Shown here piece after piece: positions 63,968-64,000 of a DNA stretch of 64,000 bases; within the stretch, counting starts at the first letter, position 1; every line of letters begins with the position of its first letter. The notes beneath the pieces are model-generated. The model was not told where the DNA came from. It ran no database searches and was given only the letters and a program-made list of their open reading frames with translations. Origin of the DNA: Octopus bimaculoides. Its lineage: Eukaryota. A program made the translations under genes and the position numbers. Where the stretch lies: contig NC_069005.1 in the NCBI RefSeq assembly GCF_001194135.2, positions 8,432,787-8,496,786 of the forward strand, written 5' to 3'.

Positions 63968-64000
<33 letters not shown>

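Overview
AT-rich, repeat-saturated animal genomic DNA. The SINE families and microsatellite load suggest an octopus-type (coleoid cephalopod) genome; this is inference, and no database was searched. I found no convincing host protein-coding gene. Almost every ORF in the supplied track is a translated microsatellite or spans an N gap (nine gaps, most flanked by (TA)n). The supportable content is transposon-derived. There are four recurring SINE-like families, labelled A-D here as ad hoc names. Non-LTR retrotransposon fossils are RTE-clade and R4/Dong-type. DNA transposons are a decayed mariner, a Tc1 fragment, hAT-, piggyBac- and Tc1-type MITEs, and a Helitron with both termini and a helicase remnant. 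There are also Penelope-like terminal repeats. The best leads are: (1) a near-canonical minimal type-I hammerhead ribozyme at 15664-15711, plus a second degenerate hammerhead family at 56422-56457 and 45708-45725; (2) several near-perfect fold-back structures (17.6, 24.6, 36.7, 45.0 and 63.9 kb); (3) a U6-like split fragment at 45748-45806; (4) an RTE 5'-end/3'-end fusion element at 33.6-34.1 kb; (5) weak micro-exon candidates. All protein and RNA similarities are from visual motif recall, not computed alignments. Boundaries of the decayed elements are approximate.
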